Made by a program: the position numbers and the translations under genes | Origin: Lachnospiraceae bacterium | GTDB taxonomy: Bacteria > Bacillota > Clostridia > Lachnospirales > Lachnospiraceae | Reading direction: 5' to 3' | Assembly: GCA_017622505.1 (NCBI GenBank) | Contig: JAGAQZ010000133.1 | Coordinates: 8,920-72,919, forward strand | DNA length: 64,000 bases | The notes under the pieces: model-generated | Told to the model about the DNA's origin: nothing | Seen by the model: only the letters and a program-made list of their open reading frames with translations | The model's database searches: none | Shown: positions 47,571 to 58,284 of the stretch, in pieces | Position numbering within the stretch: position 1 is the stretch's first letter | Layout of the letters: the number at the start of each line of letters is the position of its first letter

Positions 47571-49603
47571 GCTACTGTCACCATCCCAACAGATTGTAAT
47601 TCAACGTCGGATTCAATTTCATTATATGAAATAACAATTAAATCTTTAAAATAATCTTCGGATAACTTCTTAAAATACATACGTACAATAGGTGAAGTAA
47701 GAATAATTGGCATCTTACCCAAACGCTCTAATTTCTCCGTTTCAGTCTCCACACTATTCATAATTTTCTTAGTTTTTTCAGGATCCAGTGTAAGATAAGC
47801 ACCCTGCTCCGTCTGTTTAACGCTACCCATAATCTCCTGCTCAATCTTCGGATCCAAAGTCACAACACTGGTTGTTTCATTTGCCGGAAAATACTTGCCG
47901 GAAATTGCACGTTTTAAGCTTTGTCTTGTATATTCTGTTAAAATATCCGTATCTCTTGTTGTTGTCGCATGGTCAGCCAAGGTTTCAAAAATGGTAAGCA
48001 AATCTCGAATCGAGATACCTTCCCGTAATAAATTCTGCAAAACCTTCTGTACCTCACCAAGCCCCAAAAGCTTGGGTGTTAATTCATCAATTAATACAGG
48101 ATTTGTTTCTTTCAAATTATCAACAAGATGCTGAACATCCTGTCTTGTAAGCAACTCTGCCAAATGATGTCTGATAATTTCCGTCAAATGTGTTGCAATA
48201 ATAGACGGCGGATCAACAACCGTATAACCGGCAGCTTCCGCACGCTCTCTCTGACCCTCCGTAATCCACAAAGCCGGCAAATGGAAGGAAGGCTCAAAGG
48301 TAGGAATACCTGTCACTTCTTCCGTTACATACCCCGGATTCATTGCCATATAATGGTCAAAAAGGATTTCGCCCTCACTAACCTGAATACCTTTAATTTT
48401 GATAATATACTGGTTCGGATTCAACTGGATATTATCACGCAAACGAATAATCGGCACAACCGTACCAAGTTCCAACGCAATCTGACGACGAATCATAACA
48501 ACACGATCCAATAAGTCACCGCCCTGGTTCACGTCAGCAAGCGGAATAATACCATAACCAAATTCCAATTCGATTGGATCCACCTGTAAAAGCGAATTGA
48601 CATTCTCCGGTTTTCGAATCTCGGATGCCGCCACTTCCTCCTGGTCCACTTCTCCTTCGATTGCTGCTGTTTCAATTGAATTTGCCATCATACGACCTGT
48701 AATGATAAACATCGCGCCAAAGGCAACGTATAAAAGCAAATTTAAAGGTGTTAAAATACCCAACGCCATAATGGTCGCACCAACTAAATACATAACTTTA
48801 GGTACACCAAAAAGCTGTTTAACAAGTACATTACCAAAGTCTGCATCCTTAGAGCCCTTAGTAACTAAAATACCGGTCGCCAAAGAAATCATCAAGGAAG
48901 GAATCTGGCTTACAAGACCATCGCCAATAGTAAGAATGGTATAATGCTCCAAGGCACTCATAATATCCATTCCCTGCATTAACATACCGGTCAAAATACC
49001 ACCAACGATATTAACGGCCGTAATAATCAAGCCCGCGGTAGCATCTCCTTTTACGTACTTAACAGCACCATCCATAGAACCAAAAAAGCTGGCTTCTTCC
49101 TGGATTTTATCTCGTCTTGCTTTTGCTTCTTCATCAGTAATTGCACCTGTATTTAAGTCTGCATCAATCGCCATCTGCTTACCGGGCATAGCATCCAAGG
49201 TAAAACGTGCCGTTACTTCAGCAACACGTTCAGAGCCCTTGTTAATAACCATAAACTGAACCAGGATCAGAATGATAAAAATTACAACACCGATAACCAA
49301 ATTACCCGCACCTACGAATCCACCGAATGTAGATACAACGTTTCCGGCATCACCTGTAGATAAAATCAATCTGGTCGAAGAAACATTCAATGCAATTCTA
49401 AAAATGGTTGTAAAAAGTAAAATCGTCGGGAAGAAGGACATCTCCAATACTTCCTTGGCAAACATACAACCAAACAAAATAATAAAGGAAACCGAAATAT
49501 TGAATGTCATTAAAATATCCAACATCCATGCCGGTAAAGGTACAATCAACATGACAATCGCAGCCAGCAAATACAATGCCACGCCAATATCCGCTTTTTT
49601 CAT
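47567..49603 (-). CDS. flhA: Flagellar export gate protein FlhA
   Basis: RVAEVTARFTLDAMPGKQMAIDADL and FFGSMDGA.KYVKGDA motifs. Start ATG 49603 (SD AGGAGG). Confidence 0.98.
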   Translation of the reverse strand: MKKADIGVALYLLAAIVMLIVPLPAWMLDILMTFNISVSFIILFGCMFAKEVLEMSFFPTILLFTTIFRIALNVSSTRLILSTGDAGNVVSTFGGFVGAGNLVIGVVIFIILILVQFMVINKGSERVAEVTARFTLDAMPGKQMAIDADLNTGAITDEEAKARRDKIQEEASFFGSMDGAVKYVKGDATAGLIITAVNIVGGILTGMLMQGMDIMSALEHYTILTIGDGLVSQIPSLMISLATGILVTKGSKDADFGNVLVKQLFGVPKVMYLVGATIMALGILTPLNLLLYVAFGAMFIITGRMMANSIETAAIEGEVDQEEVAASEIRKPENVNSLLQVDPIELEFGYGIIPLADVNQGGDLLDRVVMIRRQIALELGTVVPIIRLRDNIQLNPNQYIIKIKGIQVSEGEILFDHYMAMNPGYVTEEVTGIPTFEPSFHLPALWITEGQRERAEAAGYTVVDPPSIIATHLTEIIRHHLAELLTRQDVQHLVDNLKETNPVLIDELTPKLLGLGEVQKVLQNLLREGISIRDLLTIFETLADHATTTRDTDILTEYTRQSLKRAISGKYFPANETTSVVTLDPKIEQEIMGSVKQTEQGAYLTLDPEKTKKIMNSVETETEKLERLGKMPIILTSPIVRMYFKKLSEDYFKDLIVISYNEIESDVELQSVGMVTVA

Positions 49604-49699
49604 GTATTGCACCTCCTTCTTTCATCAATTTTGTGTTTTATAATTTCATACGAACAATTGTAAAATACTATACAAAAAGCTATCAAGAAATCTTTTAAA

Positions 49700-50809
49700 T
49701 CAGATTTTACCCTGCATCTTGTAAACCATCGCAAGAATATCCGCAACCGCACGATACAACTCAGGCGGAATAACCGAGCCGAGTTCCACATTATAGTAAA
49801 GCATACGCGCTAAAGGTTTATTTTCTACAATCTCAACCTTGTTTTCTTTGGCCACCTCTTTAATTTTTGCTGCCAAATGGTCACTTCCTTTCGCAACTAC
49901 ATAGGGGGCATCATATAAATCAGCATCATATTTAATGGCTACGGCAAAATGCGTCGGGTTTGTAATGACAACATCCGCTTTCGGCAAATCCTGCATCATT
50001 CTTCGCTGGGAAGCCTGCATCATACGCTGACGAATCTTTCCCTTAATCTTAGGATCACCTTCTGCCTGCTTATACTCGTCTTTTACTTCCTGTTTGGTCA
50101 TCTTCATATCTTCTTTAAACTTCCACTTCTGGTAAAACAAATCCGCAAAAGCAATAATAAGATAAATCAAAGAAATTTTTATTCCAAGACCAATTACAAT
50201 ATCACCCATCAAAGCAATCGCCTGCTCAATAGGCATTTCGTATAAAATAAATAAATTATCCCACTCTTTTTTTAATGTAGAATACGCAACCCAAATAATT
50301 AGCGTTATTTTTAAAATTGCCTTCAGTAACTCGATTAGCGCATTTAAAGAAAAAAACTTTTTAAAACCGTTAATCGGATTCATTTTACTCAATTTCGGTT
50401 GTAATGGTTTGGTGGTGGGTTCCCACCTTACCTGATAAACTTCAATGATAATACCGGCTACCAGCGCAACCCCCATAAAAGGTAACATCATAAGGAGCAC
50501 CTGTATCATAATTTCCCGAAATAAAATCATATAATCCCAAACCGAAATATTACCCGCAACGAGACTTGTAAAATCAGGAATTTGATTATATACCAAAGTA
50601 AAGGAATCCATAAACTGAGTTCCAAGCATTCCTACCATTAATTTCAGCATTAAAAACATCACAAGAAGTCCGATACCAAGCCCTAATTCCTTACTCTTGG
50701 CTACCTGACCTTCTTTTCGCGCATCTCTTAATTTTTTTGGTGTGGCGTCTTCTGTCTTCTCGCCACCCGGGCCATCTTTTGCAAATAGCTGTAATTCATA
50801 GGAAAGCAT
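49700..50809 (-). CDS. flhB: Flagellar export switch protein FlhB
   Basis: EKTEDATPKK, KQAEGDP and the autocleavage motif TNPTH. Confidence 0.98.
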   Translation of the reverse strand: MLSYELQLFAKDGPGGEKTEDATPKKLRDARKEGQVAKSKELGLGIGLLVMFLMLKLMVGMLGTQFMDSFTLVYNQIPDFTSLVAGNISVWDYMILFREIMIQVLLMMLPFMGVALVAGIIIEVYQVRWEPTTKPLQPKLSKMNPINGFKKFFSLNALIELLKAILKITLIIWVAYSTLKKEWDNLFILYEMPIEQAIALMGDIVIGLGIKISLIYLIIAFADLFYQKWKFKEDMKMTKQEVKDEYKQAEGDPKIKGKIRQRMMQASQRRMMQDLPKADVVITNPTHFAVAIKYDADLYDAPYVVAKGSDHLAAKIKEVAKENKVEIVENKPLARMLYYNVELGSVIPPELYRAVADILAMVYKMQGKI

Positions 50810-51591
50810 TACATCATTCCCTCCACAAAGGCCACTACCATTCTTTTCATCTGAGTAAAAATCATATTTGCCGCATCCGGAAGCAAGGCAACCGTCAGAA
50901 ACAATACCGACAAACCGGTAAACACCTTAAGTTGGATACCTACCGCAAACATATTCATCTGTGGTGCAACCTTTGCCAATATACCCAAAATTGCATTTAA
51001 TAACATAATGGTACAGAATACCGGAAGACATATCTTCATACCGATAATCATATAGTCCCCCAGAAACTGAACAAATGTGGATAATATATGGTCAAAATTA
51101 AAGTTTACTTGTCCTACAGGTATTAAAATAAATGTCTCTGCCAATGCACTAATAAAATACTGATACATACCCGTTATAATCATCAGAAGCATAACCATAT
51201 TCTGATAATACACACCGGTTAATGTCGCATTTTCCCTTGTTGTAGGGTCCATCTGGTTTGCCATGGCAAAACCCATTTCCATATCAATTACACGACCTGC
51301 AAACAAGACTATGCTGGAACATAAATTAGCACCTAAGCCAATTAACAAACCGGCTGCCGCTTCTTTTAAAATAACCGTCGCCATATCCCAAACTGTATCA
51401 AAAACCGGATAAACATGGGGTTCCGTCATATAATATAACAATATGGAAATAAAAAATCCCAAACCGATTTTTACTCTATTGGGTGTATTCTGCATTGAAA
51501 AAAACGGGGCAATATAAATAAAACATGTTACCCTTGTCATAATCAGCAAAAAATATTCCAGTTCTTCTATCGGGAAAGTAAAATCTACCAT
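50809..51591 (-). CDS. fliR: Flagellar export protein FliR
   Basis: Multi-TM; AGRVIDMEMGF and APQMNMFAVG motifs. Confidence 0.95.
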   Translation of the reverse strand: MVDFTFPIEELEYFLLIMTRVTCFIYIAPFFSMQNTPNRVKIGLGFFISILLYYMTEPHVYPVFDTVWDMATVILKEAAAGLLIGLGANLCSSIVLFAGRVIDMEMGFAMANQMDPTTRENATLTGVYYQNMVMLLMIITGMYQYFISALAETFILIPVGQVNFNFDHILSTFVQFLGDYMIIGMKICLPVFCTIMLLNAILGILAKVAPQMNMFAVGIQLKVFTGLSVLFLTVALLPDAANMIFTQMKRMVVAFVEGMM

Positions 51592-51595
51592 AGCA

Positions 51596-51865
51596 TTACC
51601 TTATGTACAAACTGAAATTAGACCAAAGATTTTCCATATATGTAACCATATTTTCAAGCATCCAGCCACCAAGAAGCATTAATCCCAAAAAAATACCAAT
51701 GATTTTTGGAACAAAAGTCATAGTCTGCTCTTGAATAGAGGTTACAGTTTGAAAAATACTGATTACGAGACCAATAACCAAAGAAATGAGCAAAATAGGC
51801 GTTGCTGTGATAATGATCGTATATAAAGCATCTTTCGCTATCGTGATAACTTCTGCTGTTGTCAT
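51596..51865 (-). CDS. fliQ: Flagellar export protein FliQ
   Basis: GLVISIFQTVTSIQEQTMTFVPK. Start ATG 51865. Confidence 0.96.
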   Translation of the reverse strand: MTTAEVITIAKDALYTIIITATPILLISLVIGLVISIFQTVTSIQEQTMTFVPKIIGIFLGLMLLGGWMLENMVTYMENLWSNFSLYIR

Positions 51866-51945
51866 GCCTTTTGCCCCTTTCTTTTGGATGTCTATTTCCA
51901 AATATTTCATTTATTTTCTCTGTTAAAATATAAAAATAAACTTTA

Positions 51946-52782
51946 TCAGAGGAATGTTTTAACCAAATTCACAATAACCAAATTCCAACCATCTGCAAGC
52001 ACAAACAAGAGAATTTTAAACGGCATGGAAATAGTAGTCGGCGGTAACATCATCATACCCATACTCATAAGTACAGACGCTACAACCATATCAATTACAA
52101 TAAAAGGTATGTAAATCAAGAACCCAATAATAAAGGATGTTCTCAGCTCACTCACAATAAAACTGGGAATTAATACCGATGTAGGTACGCCTTCCGGTGT
52201 TCCGTCCCATTCATTGCCCGAAATCTCCATAAAGACACTAACATCTTTGCTTTGTGTCTGTGCATACATAAATTCTCGTAAGGGCTCCATACCGATTTCC
52301 AAAGCTTCTTCTGTTGTAATTAAGCCTTCATCCAAAGGTTTAATTGCAGTTTCATTAATTTCCGTAAAAATCGGCCCCATAATGAAAATTGTAAGGAATA
52401 TGGCAATTCCGATTAACACCTGATTAGGTGGTGCCGTTTGCGTACCCAGCGCAGCTCTCGTAAAATGCATGACAATAATAATTCTTGTAAAAGATGTCAG
52501 CATTATCAATGCTGCCGGCAGGAACGAAATCAAAGTAAGAATAATCAATATTCTTAAAGCACCATTTATAGAACCATTGTCTTCATCCAACGTAATTTGC
52601 AAAGAAGCCTGTCCGTCAGGGTCCGGTACTTCCGGAATTTCCGGTGTTTCAGTTGTAACTTCCGGCAAATCGCCTACTTCTGCCGCATGAACCGTTGTTT
52701 CTGCAGAAATACACAATATGCCTACTATAAACAGCAGGCATATTATTTTTACGATTTGTCTTTTGAATTTAGTAATCTTCAT
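51946..52782 (-). CDS. fliP: Flagellar export protein FliP
   Basis: TSFTRIII, GTQTAPPNQVL and LPPTTISMPFKILLFVLADGW motifs. Confidence 0.98.
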   Translation of the reverse strand: MKITKFKRQIVKIICLLFIVGILCISAETTVHAAEVGDLPEVTTETPEIPEVPDPDGQASLQITLDEDNGSINGALRILIILTLISFLPAALIMLTSFTRIIIVMHFTRAALGTQTAPPNQVLIGIAIFLTIFIMGPIFTEINETAIKPLDEGLITTEEALEIGMEPLREFMYAQTQSKDVSVFMEISGNEWDGTPEGVPTSVLIPSFIVSELRTSFIIGFLIYIPFIVIDMVVASVLMSMGMMMLPPTTISMPFKILLFVLADGWNLVIVNLVKTFL

Positions 52783-52793
52783 AGTCCAATCGC

Positions 52794-53174
52794 CTATTTC
52801 TTTAATTTCATATTTTTAGCATTTTCTAACAGTTGCTTAAAATCCATTTTAGGCATCATACCCATATCTTCAGAGATATGAATTTCATCTTCTTTCAATT
52901 CTCCAAGTAAAGTAATCGTATCCTTACCGATGGCAATGGCATAGTAATGCTCTCCCACACGCACAATCTGAAGATACTTATTCTGCGTAATCTTAAGCGT
53001 TTCCAATACCTGAATGTTCCCTGACATCATCTTACCCTTCTGGTAAGACGCTACCCAACGTGTTGTAAAATATGTCAGTGCCAAAACACCGATAAATATA
53101 ATCAACACGGTGAGAAACTGTGCAAAACTGTTAATTCCGTTGCTACTATCCAATGCTAATAACATTTTATCCAA
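52794..53174 (-). CDS. fliO: Flagellar protein FliO/FliZ
   Basis: Single TM followed by LQIVRVGEHYY.IAIG; lies between cheY and fliP. Confidence 0.88.
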   Translation of the reverse strand: MDKMLLALDSSNGINSFAQFLTVLIIFIGVLALTYFTTRWVASYQKGKMMSGNIQVLETLKITQNKYLQIVRVGEHYYAIAIGKDTITLLGELKEDEIHISEDMGMMPKMDFKQLLENAKNMKLKK

Positions 53175-53529
53175 CTACTTTCTTAACTGCCTCAATAACA
53201 CGGTCTGCCTGGAAAGGCTTAACGATAAAGTCTTTCGCACCGGACTGAATAGACTCAATAACCATAGCCTGCTGACCCATAGCTGAACACATAATTACGT
53301 GTGCGCCTGCATCTGCAGCCTTGATTTCCTTTAATGCCTGAATACCGTCCTTTTCGGGCATTGTGATATCCATCAATACCAAGTCAGGCTTTAATTCATT
53401 ATACTTTTCAACAGCTTTAGCGCCGTTTTCAGCTTCCCCTGCAACTGTGTAACCATTCTTTGTAAGAATGTCCTTAATCATCATACGCATGAAAGCCGCA
53501 TCATCAACGATTAAAATGTTTTTTCCCAT
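53167..53529 (-). CDS. cheY: Chemotaxis response regulator CheY
   Basis: IVDDAAFMR, MDITMP, CSAMGQ and KPF motifs; stand-alone receiver domain. Confidence 0.97.
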   Translation of the reverse strand: MGKNILIVDDAAFMRMMIKDILTKNGYTVAGEAENGAKAVEKYNELKPDLVLMDITMPEKDGIQALKEIKAADAGAHVIMCSAMGQQAMVIESIQSGAKDFIVKPFQADRVIEAVKKVVG

Positions 53530-53549
53530 AGTTTTTTCTCCCTATCAGA

Positions 53550-54776
53550 CTATTTTATAATTTCTGTAACACGAATACCGAAGTTTTCTTCAATTACTAC
53601 TACTTCACCCTTTGCAACGAACTTTCCGTTTACCAAAACATCAATCGGTTCGCCTGCAATCTTATCTAATTCTATGATTGTTCCGGGTGCAAAATCCAGA
53701 ATTTCCGCAATTGATTTCTTGGTACGACCAAGTTCAACGGTTACTTCCAGAGGAACATCCATAATCAAGCCCATATTTTCTTGTGAAACAGGCTGTGGTG
53801 CCTGTGCCGAGAAGGTCTGGAACTGTGCCGGTTGTACATTTACCGGTGCCATTTGTGGCATCATCGGCTGCTGATACATCGGCATTCCCATCTGTGGCAT
53901 CATCGGCTGCTGGTACATCGGCATTCCCATCTGTGGTTGCTGATATGCACTCATATCAGGCTGTGGCATAGGCATGGGCTGCGGTTCCGGTATCGGCATA
54001 GGTGCCGGCTCCGGTATCGGCGCGGGCGCAGGTGCCGGTGCCTCTTCTTTCACCGGTTCTTCTGCCATTCCACCCATCTGCTGATCGATAAAAGTCTCAT
54101 ATAAAGATCTTGCAAATTCAATAGGATACAACTGTAAGATTGTACTGTCTACCAAATCTCCAATCTGCATTCTAAAACCAATTCGTACAAAAGTATCTGT
54201 TAAAAAGCCTGCAATATCCTCTGCATTTTTAAATTCATTTAAGTTGATCAGACTGGCTTGTGGCGGGCTGATATCAATCATTTTACCAAGCATGGAAGAC
54301 AATGAAGTTGCGGAAGATCCCATCATCTGGTTCATCGCTTCTGAAATAGCACTCAAATGCAACTCCCCTAATTCACCGTCTGTGTTAGTACCGTCACCAC
54401 CCATCATAAGGTCTGTGATAATCTTAACATCCTGCTCTTTTAAAATTAAAATATTTGACCCATCCAAGCCCTCTGTGTACTTAATTTGAATAAATACACA
54501 AGGCTTTTCATAATCATCAATCAAGGTATCCCAAGTTGCCAAACTAACAACCGGGGTTGTAATATTTACTTTTCTGTTTACCAAGGAAAAAAGCGTGGTT
54601 GCGGAAGTACCCATACTAATGTTGGCAACTTCACCAATGGCGTCTTTTTCGATGTCGCTTAAAATACTTTGATCTATTTCCGTAGATTTCGTATCTGCAT
54701 CAGACGAACCACTATCGGATAAATCCATTCCGTTTAGCAACGCATTGATTTCATCCTGAGATAAAATTCCGTCCAC
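53550..54776 (-). CDS. fliY: Flagellar switch phosphatase FliY
   Basis: CheC-like N-terminus (EVANISMG, EAMNQMMG) and FliN-like C-terminus (DVPLEVTVELG, GEVVVIEENFGIR). GTG start. Confidence 0.95.
   Translation of the reverse strand: MDGILSQDEINALLNGMDLSDSGSSDADTKSTEIDQSILSDIEKDAIGEVANISMGTSATTLFSLVNRKVNITTPVVSLATWDTLIDDYEKPCVFIQIKYTEGLDGSNILILKEQDVKIITDLMMGGDGTNTDGELGELHLSAISEAMNQMMGSSATSLSSMLGKMIDISPPQASLINLNEFKNAEDIAGFLTDTFVRIGFRMQIGDLVDSTILQLYPIEFARSLYETFIDQQMGGMAEEPVKEEAPAPAPAPIPEPAPMPIPEPQPMPMPQPDMSAYQQPQMGMPMYQQPMMPQMGMPMYQQPMMPQMAPVNVQPAQFQTFSAQAPQPVSQENMGLIMDVPLEVTVELGRTKKSIAEILDFAPGTIIELDKIAGEPIDVLVNGKFVAKGEVVVIEENFGIRVTEIIK
53854..53936 (-). repeat. In-frame 39-bp tandem duplication in the fliY linker
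   Basis: Two units starting at 53854 and 53893 with one synonymous difference; encodes QMGMPMYQQPMMP twice. Confidence 0.9.
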
Positions 54777-54779
54777 TGA

Positions 54780-55763
54780 TTATTCCTCCTCTCTTATTAC
54801 AGAAGTTACTTTAAGAGCATATTTCTCATTGCTCTCACCTGCAACTGCCGTAAATTTTTTGATATTTCCAACATAGACCTCTAAGGAACTGTCTACGTTT
54901 GTATCCAATCGGATAATGTCGCCCACCTGTAAGCCGGCAAAATCATTTACCGTAACCATACTGCGACCTAAAAGGGCTTTCACAGGAACATCTACATGTT
55001 TTAACATACTCTGTAGATATTCGTCATAAGTTTCATCCGAATCCCTGGTCATAGTTGAGAACCAGAATTTCGTATTCAAATTGTCGATGATATCCTCAAG
55101 TGTAATGTACGGAAGTGAAATATTCATAAATCCTTCCACATCACCGATTTTGATATTAAGGGTAACAATCGCAATCATTTCATTTGGTGCAATAATCTGC
55201 GCGAACTGAGGATTGGTCTCGATTCTTTCCAATACCGGGTTAACCTCAACTACATTCTTCCATGGTTCGCGAAGCAATTGCATACATATAACCATAATCT
55301 TATCAAGAATAGATAACTCTATTTCCGAAAAATCTCTGGTTTTCTCGAGGGCAGTTCCTTTACCGCCTAACATTCGGTCAACAATAGCGTATCCTAAATT
55401 CTCAGTCATTTCGATGATAATATCACCGGGCAATGGCCTGAAATTAACAACCGCCAGAATAACCGGATTAGCAAGGGCGTTGGAGAATTCCGAAAAAGTT
55501 ACCGTTTCCGAACTCGCCACATTAACCTGCACATTTTTTCTTAAATATACCGGAAGGTTTGTTGATAATAAACGACCGTAATGTTCAAATATAAGTTCCA
55601 GGGTTCGAAGATGTTCTTTGGAAAACTTGGCAGGACGCTTAAAATCATAATTCTTAACCTGCAATTCCGCGGACTGATCTTTAATCTCATCAACATCAAT
55701 CTCACCGCTGTTCAATGCTTTTAGTAGATTGTCTATTTCGCTTTGCGAGAGTACGTCAGCCAC
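54780..55763 (-). CDS. fliM: Flagellar motor switch protein FliM
   Basis: VLSQSEIDNLL (CheY-binding) and YDFKRPAKFSKEHLR motifs. Confidence 0.98.
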   Translation of the reverse strand: MADVLSQSEIDNLLKALNSGEIDVDEIKDQSAELQVKNYDFKRPAKFSKEHLRTLELIFEHYGRLLSTNLPVYLRKNVQVNVASSETVTFSEFSNALANPVILAVVNFRPLPGDIIIEMTENLGYAIVDRMLGGKGTALEKTRDFSEIELSILDKIMVICMQLLREPWKNVVEVNPVLERIETNPQFAQIIAPNEMIAIVTLNIKIGDVEGFMNISLPYITLEDIIDNLNTKFWFSTMTRDSDETYDEYLQSMLKHVDVPVKALLGRSMVTVNDFAGLQVGDIIRLDTNVDSSLEVYVGNIKKFTAVAGESNEKYALKVTSVIREEE

Positions 55764-55816
55764 AAGTCCACCTCCTGTCTTTCCTTGTTTTTATCGTCCC
55801 AAGGACCGTTCCGGAC

Positions 55817-56335
55817 TTACTGGAACATAATATCGCTGAATGATACATCAAATATAAAATCAGAATCACCATATTTCGCTTGGACTTTTTTCAAAATTTC
55901 TGCACTGATTTCATCTTGATTTGCTCTGGCTTCATCCATCGTATATTGCTGAAATACTTCACCAATGATGCTCTTTAAAATCAGCTCGTTTTCGCCGATT
56001 GTAGCACCGTATTTCTTATAATCCTTATGTTTAGAATCCATAGAGAAGAATACAGTTACCGAACAGAAATGACGTGTGCCGTCAGCACTCGGTTTCAACT
56101 CCACCATCATCTCTTCGGAAATGGAATAAGTAACAATATTCTCGATAGGAATATCATTTTCCTTTTCCTCCGCTTCAGTACCACCAAGTTCAATATCAAG
56201 AATCTGCGCTACTTCTGTTACAATTGACGCAGTCTTCTGATTTGTACTTACTACACTAAACATGGTAATCGCACTCAATACTATGTTAATTAATGTACAA
56301 CCCAAAATTAAAATTGAGATAAAATTCTTCTTCAT
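55817..56335 (-). CDS. fliL: Flagellar basal-body protein FliL
   Basis: Single N-terminal TM; position upstream of fliM. Confidence 0.85.
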   Translation of the reverse strand: MKKNFISILILGCTLINIVLSAITMFSVVSTNQKTASIVTEVAQILDIELGGTEAEEKENDIPIENIVTYSISEEMMVELKPSADGTRHFCSVTVFFSMDSKHKDYKKYGATIGENELILKSIIGEVFQQYTMDEARANQDEISAEILKKVQAKYGDSDFIFDVSFSDIMFQ

Positions 56336-56357
56336 GAATCATCCTCCGTTCCCAAAC

Positions 56358-57158
56358 CTAATAGGAACTTAATGTATTATATATCTTAATTTCTACTCTT
56401 CTGTTTAATGCTCTTCCTTCCGGAGTAGAATTGTCTGCAATGGGTACATACTCTCCGCGACCGGAATATTTAACACGCGCAGGATCAATGGTTGTATTCT
56501 CCATCAAATAATGAAAAACTGAAATCGCACGCGCACTACTCAATTCTTCGTTATTCGAATATTTAAAACCATTCATAGGCACGTTATCCGTATGACCTTC
56601 TACTTCAATAATTCCTTCTGCATATCGGTCTAATATCTTAGCAATCTGTGACATAACAGTCATAGACTCTTCTTTCAACTGTGCCTCACCGGAATCAAAT
56701 AAAAGAGAACCATTTAAAGTAAGCTGCACATATTGGGAATTAAAAGTGACACCGATTTCATCATCTAATCCGCTTTCCGCTAAAGCCTCTTCCACTTTCT
56801 CTGCCAAAGCCTCGGATTCCGCCAACTTCTGCGCCTCTAATTCATCCAATGCATCGGTAATAGTCTGGTCTGTATCATTCGGTCGGCCTACGCTGTGAAG
56901 ATAATCATCCAACTCATTCAACTGACTGACACCATTGCTAATCAACATCCCTTCTCCAACCGCCTGTCCGCCGTTTGAAAAAATACTAAACGTATCCGAA
57001 AACGATGCCGCTACCAGTTCAAACTTCTGCGCATCCACAGTTGACATCGAAAACAACAAAACAAAGAAACATAATAGCAGGTTCATAAGATCACTAAACG
57101 TCGCCATCCAAGCCGGAGACCCGGGTGCCGGTTCTTCCGCTTTACGCTGTTTTGCCAT
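56358..57158 (-). CDS. motB: Flagellar stator protein MotB
   Basis: WMATFSDLMNLLLCFFV (conserved Asp); OmpA-like EGHTDNVP, LSSARA and NRRVEI motifs. Confidence 0.97.
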   Translation of the reverse strand: MAKQRKAEEPAPGSPAWMATFSDLMNLLLCFFVLLFSMSTVDAQKFELVAASFSDTFSIFSNGGQAVGEGMLISNGVSQLNELDDYLHSVGRPNDTDQTITDALDELEAQKLAESEALAEKVEEALAESGLDDEIGVTFNSQYVQLTLNGSLLFDSGEAQLKEESMTVMSQIAKILDRYAEGIIEVEGHTDNVPMNGFKYSNNEELSSARAISVFHYLMENTTIDPARVKYSGRGEYVPIADNSTPEGRALNRRVEIKIYNTLSSY

Positions 57159-57159
57159 C

Positions 57160-57948
57160 TTACTCACCTCCCTCTTCTGCTGCATTCATACGCTCAGTAG
57201 GTGCAAGGAAGGATTTTAACTTTTCTTCAATGACACGGGGATTTTCTCCCGCCTGAATCGATAAAAGACCTTCTATCATAATTTCTTTCAGCATAATTTC
57301 ATCAGCATTATAAGCTTTTAACTTATTTGCAACCGGTGCACAAATCCAGTTTGCAAGCACAGAACCATAAAATGTGGTTACCAAAGCAACTGACATTGCA
57401 GGTCCGATTGCAGAAGCATCTGACATATTCTGTAACATCAGAATAAGACCTATCAGGGTACCAATCATACCCCAGGCCGGTCCCATGGAACCAACATCCT
57501 GCCAGAAATTAATTTTCTTCTTATGACGTTCTTCCGTACTAATCAATTCCGTTTCCAAAATTGCTCGTACGAGTTCAGGATCTGTTCCATCCACTATAAG
57601 TAAAATACCCTTTTTTAAAAATTCATCATCCAACTCACTTGCCACTTCTTCCAAAGAAAGGAGTCCTTCCTTACGGGCAACATTGGACAAATCAATAATC
57701 TTTGTAATCATTTCCGGAATATTCTGCGTCGATGATTTAAAAATCAAAAGAAAGCTTTTTAATCCTGCTATGTAGTCTTTCATGGAATAAGAAGCCATTA
57801 CACTGAAAAAGGCTCCACCAAAGGTAATCAGTACAGACTTGAAATCCCAAAAATATTTAATTCCGGCGACACCATCATCACCTGTCATGATACCCAATAA
57901 CATCATGGCCATGGCAACAACGAGTCCAATAATCGAAGCCAAATCCAC
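57160..57948 (-). CDS. motA: Flagellar stator protein MotA
   Basis: ARKEGLLSLE, GPAWGMIGTLIGLI and ALVTTFYG motifs. GTG start. Confidence 0.97.
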   Translation of the reverse strand: MDLASIIGLVVAMAMMLLGIMTGDDGVAGIKYFWDFKSVLITFGGAFFSVMASYSMKDYIAGLKSFLLIFKSSTQNIPEMITKIIDLSNVARKEGLLSLEEVASELDDEFLKKGILLIVDGTDPELVRAILETELISTEERHKKKINFWQDVGSMGPAWGMIGTLIGLILMLQNMSDASAIGPAMSVALVTTFYGSVLANWICAPVANKLKAYNADEIMLKEIMIEGLLSIQAGENPRVIEEKLKSFLAPTERMNAAEEGGE

Positions 57949-57971
57949 TGCTACTCACCACTCATTTCGCA

Positions 57972-58157
57972 TCAATTTGCAAAAATATCCTTTCTATACG
58001 ATTTTACTAAATTTTTCACGTCTTGTCTACTTTCTTTTACAATTATTTTCTTTCCCGTAACCAAAGAAATAACCGTATCGGGCGTTTCTTCCACAACCTC
58101 GATTAACTGGTCATTTACAAGGATTTTGGCACCATTTAATCTTGTCAATTCAATCAT
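57972..58157 (-). CDS. flbD: Flagellar protein FlbD (SwrD family)
   Basis: MIELTRLNG...IEVVEETPDTVISLVTGKKIIVKE. Confidence 0.92.
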   Translation of the reverse strand: MIELTRLNGAKILVNDQLIEVVEETPDTVISLVTGKKIIVKESRQDVKNLVKSYRKDIFAN

Positions 58158-58284
58158 ATTTCGTCCCCGCTTCCACACATTACCAAAACTAACCCATACA
58201 ACACGAAAAAGCCTACAAATTATTCTTATTTATAGGTCTCTCAACTACTATATCTAGTATATCATATTTTATAATAATAAACAA

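Noticed and set aside
55789-55819. TAAG...GACGATAA as a sigma-28 promoter before fliM
   Set aside because: The spacer is 17 nt rather than 15-16 and the -10 has a mismatch.
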